Made by a program: the position numbers and the translations under genes. This document shows, in pieces, positions 1-11,439 of a stretch of DNA of 58,117 nt (its first letter is position 1; the number at the start of each line of letters is the position of its first letter). The DNA is taken from positions 1 through 58,117 of the forward strand of contig JANMUI010000945.1 of assembly GCA_031391405.1 (NCBI GenBank), in the 5' to 3' direction. This DNA comes from Betaproteobacteria bacterium (lineage in GTDB: Bacteria; Pseudomonadota; Gammaproteobacteria; Burkholderiales; SG8-39). The notes below the pieces were generated by a model. The model worked only from the letters and a program-made list of their open reading frames with translations. It made no database searches and was not told where the DNA came from.

Positions 1-797
1 TCATTGGCGAAGCGTCGCCAGATCGCCAATGGATCCGATGCACTCGTCTGCCGTGTGCCGACAAAACGTTCCGACCAGATTGCCATGAGTGGCGCCGCGA
101 TCTTCCGGCCGGCATCGAGGTCGGCGTGATCGAGCGCATCATCGATCGTCGCGCCCGCACGATAGTCGGCGCAGGTGGCGGCGATGACCTCGGGGCGACG
201 GAACGCTTTGCAGTATTCGCCCATCGCTTCCTCGCCGATCCGCTCGAAGTCGAGCGCCCATTTGCGGGTGAGGGTGCGAAGAAAATAGTCCGGATTCGCA
301 CCGATCAGCGTTTCGGGGAAGGGCGCGGGTTGCGCGAGAAACGCCCAGTGAAAGCCGTTGATGGCGGACGTCTTGTTCGTCGCATCCCACATCGCGCTGG
401 TGGGGATGATGTCCAAGGTGACGAGCTTCGTAACGCGCTCGGCATGGTCGAATGCGAGGCGATACGCCACGCGTCCGCCGCGATCATGGCCGATCACGGC
501 GAAACGTTCATTGCCAAGTGCGCGCATGAGCTCGACGCATTCGGCGGCCATCACGCGCTTCGAATAGTTCGATGAATCAGGCGTTGCAGCCGGCGCATCG
601 CTTGCGCCATAGCCTTTCAAGTCCGGCGCCACCACGGAAAATTGTTCGGCCAATCGGGGACCGAGATGGCGCCAGATGTAATGCGTTTGCGGATAACCGT
701 GCAGGAGCAAGACCGCTGGGCCCGCACCGGCGGTGTGCACGGAGAGAGAGACGTTGCCGGCAACGGTGATGCGGGTGTTGGTGAATCCGGGGATCAT
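1..797 (-). CDS. alpha/beta-fold hydrolase, haloacetate (fluoroacetate) dehalogenase-like; 3' end runs off the left window edge
   Basis: Absent from the ORF track because there is no stop in the window. My translation from ATG (797-795): MIPGFTNTRITVAGNVSLSVHTAGAGPAVLLLHGYPQTHYIWRHLGPRLAEQFSVVAPDLKGYG...FAVIGHDRGGRVAYRLAFDH...LDIIPT...FHWAFLAQPAPFPE...CADYRAG. HGYPQ, the GHDRGG nucleophile elbow and DYRAG are typical of haloacetate dehalogenases. Confidence 0.8.
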   Translation of the reverse strand, partial: MIPGFTNTRITVAGNVSLSVHTAGAGPAVLLLHGYPQTHYIWRHLGPRLAEQFSVVAPDLKGYGASDAPAATPDSSNYSKRVMAAECVELMRALGNERFAVIGHDRGGRVAYRLAFDHAERVTKLVTLDIIPTSAMWDATNKTSAINGFHWAFLAQPAPFPETLIGANPDYFLRTLTRKWALDFERIGEEAMGEYCKAFRRPEVIAATCADYRAGATIDDALDHADLDAGRKIAAPLMAIWSERFVGTRQTSASDPLAIWRRFAN

Positions 798-816
798 GAT
801 TTATGGCCGTTAAAGA

Positions 817-962
817 GTAAGAATGAACCGCAGGGGAGTAAGAATGAACCACAGGGGACGCAGAGGACGCAGTAAAACCGAGAAAAGGGAAAAGGGAAAA
901 GGGAAACGCCAATCGACTTCGCCGTTCCTTCCTCTGCGTCCCCTGCGTCCTCTGCGGTGAAA
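817..962. repeat. Family A palindromic (MITE/REP-like) element, copy 1. Arms are GAACCACAGGGGACGCAGAGGACGCAG (846-872) and its inverted partner (933-959). The core carries (GGGAAAA)x3 and the left end has a 21-bp duplication (817-837 / 838-858).
   Basis: Inverted repeat read directly from the sequence. The same arms recur at 23143-23268 and 36375-36518. Confidence 0.75.
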
Positions 963-1111
963 GCCTTGGAAACGAAGATGTAGAAACAAAACGGCCCACT
1001 TCGCAGTGGGCCGTCGGGGCCGAGGGACTGAACGAGCGGTCCTCGACCCAACCTGCCGCGCCTTGAGCGCGCCAGATCATCCCCGGCAACCGGGGCCGCT
1101 CGAAGCCAAGA

Positions 1112-1906
1112 CTACTTTGCTGCTGCCACCGCCCGCTTCGCCATGATCGTCACCAGATGCGCGCGGTACTCGTTCGAGGCATGGATGTCGGAGTTGAGAC
1201 CTTTGTCCGGGACCTTGATGTTGGCGACCGACTCGGGCGCCCACTTCGCAGTCAGCGCCTTTTCCATATCGGGCACCCGGTACACGCAAGGACCTGCACC
1301 AGTCACCGCAACCCGCACCCCCGTGGAGGATTCCGCGACGAACACGCCGACGATCGCGTAGCGCGAAGCCGGATTCTTGAACTTCATGTAAGCCGCGCGT
1401 TTGGCTTTCGGGAACGTAATCGATGTGATGATTTCGCCAGCCTGCAGCGCCGTCGAGAAAATTCCGGTGAAGAAATTGTCCCCAGCAATCGTGCGCTTGT
1501 TGGTGGTAATCGTCGCGCCCAAACCCACGACGGCTGCCGGATAGTCGGCGGCCGGGTCGTTATTCGCAACGGATCCACCGATCGTGCCCATATTGCGCAC
1601 CATGCGATCGCCGATGCCGCCTGCCAGTGCGGCCAACGCCGGAATCGCGGCCTGCACGTCTTTCGACATCGCGACCTCGGCATGCCGGGTCATCGCGCCG
1701 ATCGTTACGCCGTTGCCGTCGACCTTGATGCCGGCCAGATCCTTCACACTCGCCAGATCGATGAGTTGCGCCGGGTTCGCCAATCGCAGCTTCATCGCTG
1801 CAAGGAGCGTCTGCCCACCAGCGAGCAGCTTCGCTTCCGCGTTCTTGCCGACTGCGGCCGCTGCGTCAGCGACGCTCGATACTTTCGTGTAATTGAATGC
1901 GTACAT
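1112..1906 (-). CDS. coxM: molybdopterin hydroxylase (CO dehydrogenase family) medium FAD-binding subunit, CoxM-like
   Basis: Track ORF 1112..1963, trimmed to the ATG at 1906 (MYAFNYTKVSSVADAAAAV...), 14 nt after the coxL stop. KLLAGGQTLL and IGGSVANNDPAADYPA are FAD-binding (CO_deh_flav) motifs. Confidence 0.85.
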   Translation of the reverse strand: MYAFNYTKVSSVADAAAAVGKNAEAKLLAGGQTLLAAMKLRLANPAQLIDLASVKDLAGIKVDGNGVTIGAMTRHAEVAMSKDVQAAIPALAALAGGIGDRMVRNMGTIGGSVANNDPAADYPAAVVGLGATITTNKRTIAGDNFFTGIFSTALQAGEIITSITFPKAKRAAYMKFKNPASRYAIVGVFVAESSTGVRVAVTGAGPCVYRVPDMEKALTAKWAPESVANIKVPDKGLNSDIHASNEYRAHLVTIMAKRAVAAAK

Positions 1907-1920
1907 AGTCTTGTCCTCTT

Positions 1921-4281
<2,361 letters not shown>

Positions 4282-4299
4282 ATATGTGGTCTCCGTAGC

Positions 4300-4773
4300 T
4301 CAGCCGCGCATCGCTTTGGCACCCGCGATGATCGACTTCACGATGTTGTGGTAGCCGGTGCAGCGGCAGAGATTGCCGTCGAGCTCGGCGCGAACCGTCG
4401 TTTCGTCGGGATTTGGATAGATGCGCACCATGTCGAGCGCGCTCATCACCATCCCGGGCGTGCAGAACCCGCATTGCAGGCCGTGGTTTTGCCGGAACGC
4501 TTCCTGCATCGGATGCAGCGTGCCGTCGGGCTTGGCGACCCCTTCGATGGTGAGAAGACTCGCGCCTTCGGCCTGCATGGCGAGCATATTGCAGCTTTTC
4601 ACTGCCTTGCCGTTCATGTGGATGGTGCAGGCGCCGCACTGGGCGGTGTCGCAGCCGACGTGGGTGCCGGTCAGCCGCAGATTTTCGCGGATGAACGAGA
4701 CGAGCAAGGTCCGTTCCTCGACCTCGCCGGAAACGGCCTTGCCGTTTACGCTCATTGATACTTTTACTGTCAT
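4300..4773 (-). CDS. coxS: [2Fe-2S] small subunit, CoxS-like
   Basis: Track ORF 4300..5151, trimmed to ATG 4773 ([14 protein letters not shown]...), preceded by AGGAGG. Cys motifs are [10 protein letters not shown] and CGFCTPG...CRCTGY. Confidence 0.9.
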   Translation of the reverse strand: MTVKVSMSVNGKAVSGEVEERTLLVSFIRENLRLTGTHVGCDTAQCGACTIHMNGKAVKSCNMLAMQAEGASLLTIEGVAKPDGTLHPMQEAFRQNHGLQCGFCTPGMVMSALDMVRIYPNPDETTVRAELDGNLCRCTGYHNIVKSIIAGAKAMRG

Positions 4774-5047
4774 GGGAGAGCCTCCTTTGGGGCAGGGAAA
4801 GGGATTGTATTCACGCGGCTCGGACGACAGGCATGCGCTGCGGCCAGCCTCGCTTCCGCGCGTAGGCCCGGTGGGCCGCGGCACGGATTCTCTTCTTAGG
4901 TCGGAATCGTAGCCGAGTGATCGAGGTCGAGCAACCGAAACCACACTTCGTGGGCCAGCGATCGCCGTGGCAGACCGCGGCACCGGGGTTTTGCGGGTCA
5001 CCGGCTCCAGTTCGGCGAAGCCGGAGGATGCAATCCCGCCGCCCCTC

Positions 5048-5983
5048 CTACTTAGCTCGAGATACGTCGGCGTAGAAGCGGTCGAGCTGCTCGCCGGTGA
5101 AGGCGTACCGCCAACCGAGATCGTCGGTCTTGAGTTGCACCATGATCTCATCCTGAGGGACGCCGTCCTTTACGAGGGCGACCGCGCGCGATACGAGCGT
5201 ATCTATTTTTGTCTTAAATGCCTCTAGGTCGGCTCTGCTCACTAGCGGCCCCGTACTGGGCACAACAACGTCGAAGTCCAGTTTCAGAACCTGAGCGAGC
5301 ACCGCTCCCCAGTTAACCAGACTCCCGCCGTTCGAATAGTCGGGCTCGGGCGCATCCGGGCTGAATAAATCGCCAACCGCGACCACTTTCAAATTTGGGA
5401 AGTACACAACCGAATCGCCGTTCGTGCGGGCGTTTCCGAAATGCATGACCTCGGCTTCGATGCCGCCCAGACGTAGCGTGTAGTTACGGTCAAACGTGAT
5501 CGTTGGCAGGCCGGGCGCCGCGCCCGCAGTGCCGCCCGCAGTGCTGCCCGCAGCGCTGCCTAGTGACGCCAAGGTCGGTTTGACGTTGTCCTGCGCGATG
5601 ACCTGAATGCCGGCGGCCAGGAACTGACTGTTGTTGCCGGTGTGGCGTTCCTGGTGGTCGGTTACGATGAGAAATCGGATCGGCTGGTCCGACATCCTGA
5701 TGAGACGCCGTGTTCGGGACGTGAGTGCGCGATAGGTGCCGGGCAATTTTCCATTGACTAGGATCAGTCCGTTCAAGCTGAAGCGCACCAAGGTGTTGCC
5801 GCCGGCGCCGCCGATCATGAAGAGCCCCGTCTTCACCAGCTCCGCGGTGAGCGTGGTGTCAGTGGAATTTTTCGATGCCGAAGATTTCTCCGGGTGGCTC
5901 TGCGCGAAGGCCGGAACGGCGACGGCTATCCCCAACAGAGCAGCGATGCATCGTGCCCACACCAGATTTGCGATCGGAAACAT
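5048..5983 (-). CDS. exported MBL-fold metallo-hydrolase-like protein
   Basis: 311 aa. Signal peptide [29 protein letters not shown]. Degenerate HxHxDH region ([14 protein letters not shown]) and later VAVGDLF. Assigned by overall pattern only. Confidence 0.65.
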   Translation of the reverse strand: MFPIANLVWARCIAALLGIAVAVPAFAQSHPEKSSASKNSTDTTLTAELVKTGLFMIGGAGGNTLVRFSLNGLILVNGKLPGTYRALTSRTRRLIRMSDQPIRFLIVTDHQERHTGNNSQFLAAGIQVIAQDNVKPTLASLGSAAGSTAGGTAGAAPGLPTITFDRNYTLRLGGIEAEVMHFGNARTNGDSVVYFPNLKVVAVGDLFSPDAPEPDYSNGGSLVNWGAVLAQVLKLDFDVVVPSTGPLVSRADLEAFKTKIDTLVSRAVALVKDGVPQDEIMVQLKTDDLGWRYAFTGEQLDRFYADVSRAK

Positions 5984-6023
5984 TGGGCTTTCCAGGTGGA
6001 ACGTGGGTTTGCCACCGCCCTCA

Positions 6024-6059
6024 AATAAAAAAATCCGTGGCGTGGGCCACGGATTTTTC
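6024..6059 (-). terminator. rho-independent terminator (bidirectional hairpin) downstream of the PQQ-propeller gene
   Basis: ATCCGTGGC (6033-6041), loop GTGG, GCCACGGAT (6046-6054). An A-run at 6025-6032 gives a U-tract on the minus strand; TTTT lies at 6055-6058 on the plus strand. Confidence 0.65.
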
Positions 6060-6078
6060 GAGAGCGATGTTCCTACCG

Positions 6079-7737
6079 CTACTGACCGTTTATCGAGAAC
6101 GCATAGAACTTATCGTTGGCAGTGTAGCCCGGTATGCCAAGATGCGCGTAACCGGAACCCCAGTACACGGCGCCGTCCACGACTGTAGCGCCGGCGTTCA
6201 CCGATGAGCCGGCTGGGAAGCTCCAGCTTATCGCCCCGGTAGTCGCGTTCAAAGCAAGCATGGTCGGTTGGGTGGGTAAGCCCGCCATGGAGCTTGCGTA
6301 CACGATCCCGTTGGCCACAGTCATCGGGCCGATAATAATCGAGCCGTTCGGATCGGCCGTCTGCCACACGATGTTCCCAGTCGCAGGATCGAGGGCCGCC
6401 ACGGAACCAGCATTGCCGCCTGCATAGGGCAGGCCATACAAGTTGGCAATGGACACATAGATCCGCTTGCCGTCCGTCGCAGAGCCCCACTCCATGCCGC
6501 CCAGCGCCGACCCTGGACCCACTCGCGTTCTCCAGAGCTCATTGCCTGTTTTCGGATCAAGCGCAAAATAAATGCCGCTCTTTTGTCCGGCGCCAAGGAT
6601 GGTCTTGGGCCCTTTGGCAGTCTGATAGGTTATCAAATTCGGTGCCTGGGCGAAGTCGTAGTCGGGTCCCGCATCGCTCGGACAGTTGGCTTGCCCCGGC
6701 GCGAAGCCTACCAGGCAGGCGACGTTCCAGTCGTCACTCCCATTGACGATCGGGTACGGAACCGGGTAGGGGTCATTCCAATCTGTGAGGCTTTTGGCCC
6801 ATTGAACCTTGCCGTTGCCCACATTCAGCGCAACAATCGCGTCTACATAGTTCCCGGCAGCATTGCAGGTGGCACGTGTATCACCGCCCGCGATGCATTG
6901 CCCATAGGTCTTGCCCGGAATACCCGAGACAGCGTCGTCCTTCGGATGGCTGTAGTTGTTTCCGGTGCCGACGAATACCGTGCCTCCATCCACAACAGGG
7001 TTGCTCCCCCACACGCCACCGCCGGTGTAACCCGCGGGAACCATATACGTCTGCCATTTGATGGCGCCGGTGTTGGCATTGACCGCGACAACGCTACCCC
7101 TCGCTTGACAGCATTGGTAAGCGGGATTCGCTGCGACGCCCTCCTCGATCGAAGCGACCCCGGTAAATACGGTGCCGCCTACTACCGTGGGTGACGTGGT
7201 GATGACCGCGAATGGGTCACTTGCTGGGGATTCGAGCTGTGTTTTCCACCTGAGCGCACCCGTCTTTGCATTGATTGCCAGCAGCCACGCGCCTTGTTGT
7301 GTTCCCAAATAGAGCGTGCCATTCACCACGGCCGGCGTCGTGCGCGAGTGGGTAGGCGTAGCCAGTCCATACGACGAAAGCTGCTTCGACCAGACAGGCA
7401 CCCCGTTGGAGGCATTGACTGCATGGAGAGACCCACCCCAGTCAGGGAAGTAGGCAACGCCATCGACGACCGCCGCGCGAGCAGACACGTCGCCACCGGT
7501 TGTAAAGCTCCACTTCACCGCCAACTGGCCGACATTGCTCGCCGAGATCGTTGCTTCGCCGGATTGGTTTGCGGTGTTGCTCGCGTTCTGCCCAAACATC
7601 GGCCAATCAGCTGCCAGTGCCGCAGATGGGTGAATTGCAATCAGCGCTAGGGCTGCCATAAAGGTGCAAAGAGCCGTGGAAAGTCTTTGCGCGCGCAAGA
7701 AAATTCGGAGAACACTAACAGGACGTCGATTCTTCAT
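6079..7737 (-). CDS. exported PQQ-like beta-propeller repeat protein (polyvinyl-alcohol-dehydrogenase/BamB-like family)
   Basis: Track ORF 6079..7809, trimmed to ATG 7737 (MKNRRPVSVLR...ALAADWPMFGQNASNTAN). Contains six A(L/I/V)(N/D)xxTGxxxW propeller repeats and a vicinal Cys pair, YQCCQARGS. Confidence 0.8.
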   Translation of the reverse strand: MKNRRPVSVLRIFLRAQRLSTALCTFMAALALIAIHPSAALAADWPMFGQNASNTANQSGEATISASNVGQLAVKWSFTTGGDVSARAAVVDGVAYFPDWGGSLHAVNASNGVPVWSKQLSSYGLATPTHSRTTPAVVNGTLYLGTQQGAWLLAINAKTGALRWKTQLESPASDPFAVITTSPTVVGGTVFTGVASIEEGVAANPAYQCCQARGSVVAVNANTGAIKWQTYMVPAGYTGGGVWGSNPVVDGGTVFVGTGNNYSHPKDDAVSGIPGKTYGQCIAGGDTRATCNAAGNYVDAIVALNVGNGKVQWAKSLTDWNDPYPVPYPIVNGSDDWNVACLVGFAPGQANCPSDAGPDYDFAQAPNLITYQTAKGPKTILGAGQKSGIYFALDPKTGNELWRTRVGPGSALGGMEWGSATDGKRIYVSIANLYGLPYAGGNAGSVAALDPATGNIVWQTADPNGSIIIGPMTVANGIVYASSMAGLPTQPTMLALNATTGAISWSFPAGSSVNAGATVVDGAVYWGSGYAHLGIPGYTANDKFYAFSINGQ

Positions 7738-8310
7738 TTTCTTTAGGTCCTTGTGAAGGAGAACTTTCAACCTGGGTAGGTACGCCTTGGAGCATCCACC
7801 TTGGAGCATTCAATATCCTGCTTCGCAGCCGTAACCGGTACTCGTCCATCCGAAAACACTTGCTTCCCGGGCTTTCTAACAACGGTGTCCTTATACGTTG
7901 AAAATTGCGATGTTGTCTAGTTCCAAAATGTGACAGCTCGACATGTGAGCCAACGCAGGCGCTGGAAATTGCCCGCCTCATCTCGCCCTGCACCGTGTTG
8001 ACAGCGCGAAATTGTCGGCGCGTGGTGGTTGCACTGCCTGCGGCGGTGGAAAGACGCACATGCGTTGCCCTGCACCGGGCGCGCACTCAGAATGCGTACA
8101 CCTGATCTGAAACGATGTGCGCGCTTGCGCGCATTGGTTCGCGGGCTCATCGTTCTTTCAGGGATCATGGCGTCGCAACGCGCCTGTGTCTGGCGTCGCG
8201 TCGGTCCCACCGATTGACAGCCACTGGTCAATGAACGCACCATCCGCCGTTGGGCTACGCCGCCGATGCGCGCCCGTCAAGCGGCTAACAATCCAAAGGA
8301 AGGACGTTCG

Positions 8311-10524
8311 ATGATGTCGTTTTCCCACTTCGGCAGCGCCCGCGTGGCGGCTGGTCGGGCAAGTCGTCTCGACGATGCAACGCTCACCGAGATCGCCAAA
8401 GTGCCGACGCTGGCGTTCACGCTTGCGCCGATGGTCCTTGCGACCGGCGCAGCGTTCGCGCAGCAGCCGATTGATGTGCTGGCGCCGGTCGTGATTACCG
8501 CGACGCGCGAGGAGGCCCGCGGATTCGATCTTCCCGCGTCGATCGATTCGATCGGGGCCGACGACATCCAGAAGGGGCAACTCGGCGTCAATCTGTCGGA
8601 GTCGCTTGGGCGCGTCCCGGGCATCGTCGTGCAGAACCGTCAGAACTACGCGCAGGATCTGCAGATCTCGTCGCGCGGGTTCGGCGCGCGCTCGACATTC
8701 GGCGTTCGCGGTATTCGGCTCTTTGCCGATGGGATTCCCGCTACGATGCCGGACGGCCAGGGGCAGGTCTCCCATTTCTCGCTCGGATCGGCCAAGCGGA
8801 TCGAGGTGCTGCGTGGCCCGTTCTCGGCGCTCTACGGCAACTCGTCGGGCGGTGTCGTGCAGATCCTGACCGAAGACGGTTCTCCCGAGCCCAGCCTCAC
8901 ACCTTCGCTCGCTTTTGGCAGCTTCGGAACGTCGCGGATCGGACTGAAACTGTCGGGGGTTGCTCCCGGTTCCCGACCCGATTACGTGTTGGAAGCGTCG
9001 CGTTTTGAGACCACCGGTTATCGCGATCACAGCTCCGCGACCCGCGAATCAGGGAACGCCAAGTTGAAGTTCGCCCTGGGCGAGGCCACGACCGTGTCGC
9101 TGATCGGCAACACCGTCACTATGCCCGACGCGCAAGATCCGCTCGGATTGTCGCGCGCCCAATTCGACGCCGATCCGCGTCAGGTCGATCCGAGTGCCAT
9201 CACGTTCAATACGCGAAAGAGCGTGCGCCAGACGCAAGGAGGCGTTGTCTTCGATCATCGTCTGACCGAATCCAATTCGCTCCGGTTCATGGGTTACATG
9301 GGCAAGCGTGATGTCGGCCAGATTCTCGCGATTCCGGTTGGCACGCAGACACCAGCGACGCACTCCGGCGGGGTCGTCGATCTGTCCCGCGAGTACACCG
9401 GACTCGATCTGCGCTGGACCCATAGGAATCGCCTGTTGGGCGGCCCGCTGACGGTGACCGGCGGCCTCAACTACGACACACTCAAGGAGCAGCGCAAGGG
9501 CTACAACAACTTCGTCGGCACATCGCTCGGCATCCAAGGCGTCCTGCGCCGGGACGAAGACAACCGCGTGACCAACTTCGATCAATATGTGCAGGGCGAG
9601 TGGCGCTTTGCGCGCGATTGGCAAGTGACGGGCGGGGTGCGGGCGAGCCGGGTGAAGTTTCGCTCTGAGGACAATTACATCGTTGGCGTCAACGGGGATG
9701 ACAGCGGCTCGGCAACCTTTTCCGCCGTCACGCCGGTGGGTGGACTGGTCTACCACCTCACCGATACCGTCAATCTGTACGGGTCGGTCGGCAAAGGCTT
9801 CGAGACGCCGACCTTCAACGAGTTGGCCTATCGTCCGCCCGGGTCGACCGGCGCCGGCCTCAATTTCGATCTGCGCCCGGCGAAGAGTCTGTCGTATGAG
9901 GTCGGGGCGAAAATGTTATGGGGCGGCGGCTCGCAACTCAATATTGCCGCGTATCGCACCAGGACCACCGACGAAATCGTTGTCCTGACGAACAGCGGGG
10001 GGCGTTCCACTTTTCAGAACGCCGGGCACACCACGCGCAATGGTTTCGAGGCCGGGTTCATCACGGCGTTTACACGCTCGATCTCGCTTGCATTGTCGGC
10101 CGCTACGGTTCGTGCCACCTACGACGATGCGTTCCTGACCTGCACCGTGGCGCCATGCATAGCGCCCAATGTGACGATTCCGGCTGGTTCGAAGATCCCT
10201 GGTGTGCCGGAACGCACCGGGTTTGCGGAGCTCGCTTTCAGGCAGCCGGGTTTGACTACGGCGTTCGAGGTGCGAGCAATGAGTCGCGTATTCGTCAACG
10301 ATCAGAACAGCGATCAGGCATCCGGTTATGCGGTCGCGGGATGGCGGCTCGTGCTGGAGCAGAAACAAGAACGCTGGACGTTCGCCGAATTCCTTCGCGT
10401 CGACAATCTCTTCGATCGCAAGTACAGCGGCTCGGTGATCGTGAATGAGGGGAATTCGCGGTTCTTCGAGCCGGCGCCGGGGCGACACTATCTGGTCGGG
10501 GTGAGCGCGCAGTATCGGTTCTGA
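8311..10524 (+). CDS. TonB-dependent outer-membrane receptor
   Basis: Track ORF 8266..10524, trimmed to ATG 8311 after AAGGAAGGA. Plug motifs VVITATREE, SLGRVPGIVV and IEVLRGPFSALYG. Terminal beta-strand ends ...YLVGVSAQYRF. Confidence 0.9.
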   Translation: MMSFSHFGSARVAAGRASRLDDATLTEIAKVPTLAFTLAPMVLATGAAFAQQPIDVLAPVVITATREEARGFDLPASIDSIGADDIQKGQLGVNLSESLGRVPGIVVQNRQNYAQDLQISSRGFGARSTFGVRGIRLFADGIPATMPDGQGQVSHFSLGSAKRIEVLRGPFSALYGNSSGGVVQILTEDGSPEPSLTPSLAFGSFGTSRIGLKLSGVAPGSRPDYVLEASRFETTGYRDHSSATRESGNAKLKFALGEATTVSLIGNTVTMPDAQDPLGLSRAQFDADPRQVDPSAITFNTRKSVRQTQGGVVFDHRLTESNSLRFMGYMGKRDVGQILAIPVGTQTPATHSGGVVDLSREYTGLDLRWTHRNRLLGGPLTVTGGLNYDTLKEQRKGYNNFVGTSLGIQGVLRRDEDNRVTNFDQYVQGEWRFARDWQVTGGVRASRVKFRSEDNYIVGVNGDDSGSATFSAVTPVGGLVYHLTDTVNLYGSVGKGFETPTFNELAYRPPGSTGAGLNFDLRPAKSLSYEVGAKMLWGGGSQLNIAAYRTRTTDEIVVLTNSGGRSTFQNAGHTTRNGFEAGFITAFTRSISLALSAATVRATYDDAFLTCTVAPCIAPNVTIPAGSKIPGVPERTGFAELAFRQPGLTTAFEVRAMSRVFVNDQNSDQASGYAVAGWRLVLEQKQERWTFAEFLRVDNLFDRKYSGSVIVNEGNSRFFEPAPGRHYLVGVSAQYRF

Positions 10525-10525
10525 A

Positions 10526-10565
10526 GATCTCCAGGGATCTCCGAGGATCTCCAACGATCTCAACA
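10526..10565. repeat. 10-bp phased tandem repeat (GATCTCCnnG)x4
   Basis: agatctccag ggatctccga ggatctccaa cgatctcaac, immediately after the receptor stop codon. Four GATC sites lie one helical turn apart. Confidence 0.7.
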
Positions 10566-10614
10566 TTGGAACACGGAGGACACCGGGGAAAAGAAAGGGG
10601 ACGCAGAAGCGAAT

Positions 10615-10798
10615 GGCACTTACTTAGCGGGATTGACCGTTCGCCCTGAGCTTGTCGAAGGGTGAATGCCGGAGCGTCGGTGAGCGGACGATCGCCCGCC
10701 TTCGACAAGCCTGCGTTACCCTTCGACAGGCCTGTCCTGAGCTTGTCGAAGGGCTCAGGGCGAACGGAGGCTTGAGCAGCGCACGTTAACTAAGTGCC
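10615..10798. repeat. Composite Family B element bounded by 13-bp inverted termini (GGCACTTACTTAG / CTAAGTGCC); MITE-like
   Basis: Contains a forward unit CCGTTCGCCCTGAGCTTGTCGAAGGGTGAA (10637-10666), reversed partial units (CCTTCGACAAGC, CCCTTCGACAGGC) and a palindromic junction CCTGAGCTTGTCGAAGGGCTCAGGGCGAACGG. Confidence 0.6.
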
Positions 10799-10873
10799 AA
10801 TCTGGTCTGTCCCCTATTATTCCGGCTCGGTCGCTATGCTGAGGGCGATGCGCGGGTCCGCGTAGAGACCGCC

Positions 10874-11266
10874 TTACTTCGTCTGATGCCAGTCGTGCTC
10901 GGAGACATCGAACACGACGCCATGCGGATCCTTGAATTTTTCTTCCACATCAACCCCCGGGTAGGCAGGCAGCTTCATGAAGAATTTTCCGCCGTTCGCC
11001 TCGATCTTCTCGCGGGTGGCCTTCGCATCGTCGACGACGAATCCGAAGTGATGCAGTCCGGCCCAGTCGGGCCCGTTGATCTGACCGCCTTTGCCATCCG
11101 GAAAATGGAGCAGCGTAAGGTTCATGACGCCATCGGAGAGCATGATGGCATTGCCGATCGGGCTCTCCGCGCTGTGCACGCGCTTGAACTCGAAGCAGGT
11201 CTCGTAGAAGCGTGCGGTCTTCTCGAGATCGGGGGTCTGCATGGCGATGTGGCGAAGCTTGGGCAT
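10874..11266 (-). CDS. VOC (glyoxalase/bleomycin-resistance/dioxygenase) family protein
   Basis: MPKLRHIAMQTPDLEKTARFYETCFEF...GLHHFGFVVDD...KDPHGVVFDV. GGAGG lies 5 nt before ATG 11266; the track starts one codon earlier at GTG 11269. Confidence 0.8.
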   Translation of the reverse strand: MPKLRHIAMQTPDLEKTARFYETCFEFKRVHSAESPIGNAIMLSDGVMNLTLLHFPDGKGGQINGPDWAGLHHFGFVVDDAKATREKIEANGGKFFMKLPAYPGVDVEEKFKDPHGVVFDVSEHDWHQTK

Positions 11267-11439
11267 CACTGCCTCCGAGATTGGCGCCGCGCCATTGAGT
11301 GGGCGCGTGCAGCCGAATTCTAGTCCCTCGTGGCTGCGCGTGTCGCCCTTGCATGATCGGTATCATGCGCTGGCGCGACTTCCGATCGTCGAGGACGACG
11401 CCGATTCTCAGACGGTGCCCGGTGCCGCGCGATCGCAAG

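Noticed and set aside
8150-8310. Cobalamin riboswitch upstream of the TonB-dependent receptor (GCCACTG at about 8218, AGGGA..GGCG at about 8160)
   Set aside because: Only isolated short matches are present. I could not find the B12-box (AGxCAGGAxACCxxCC-like) or the conserved GGTG..AA.CC / CCCGC.ACTG stems in order. A covariance-model scan (RF00174) would settle it.
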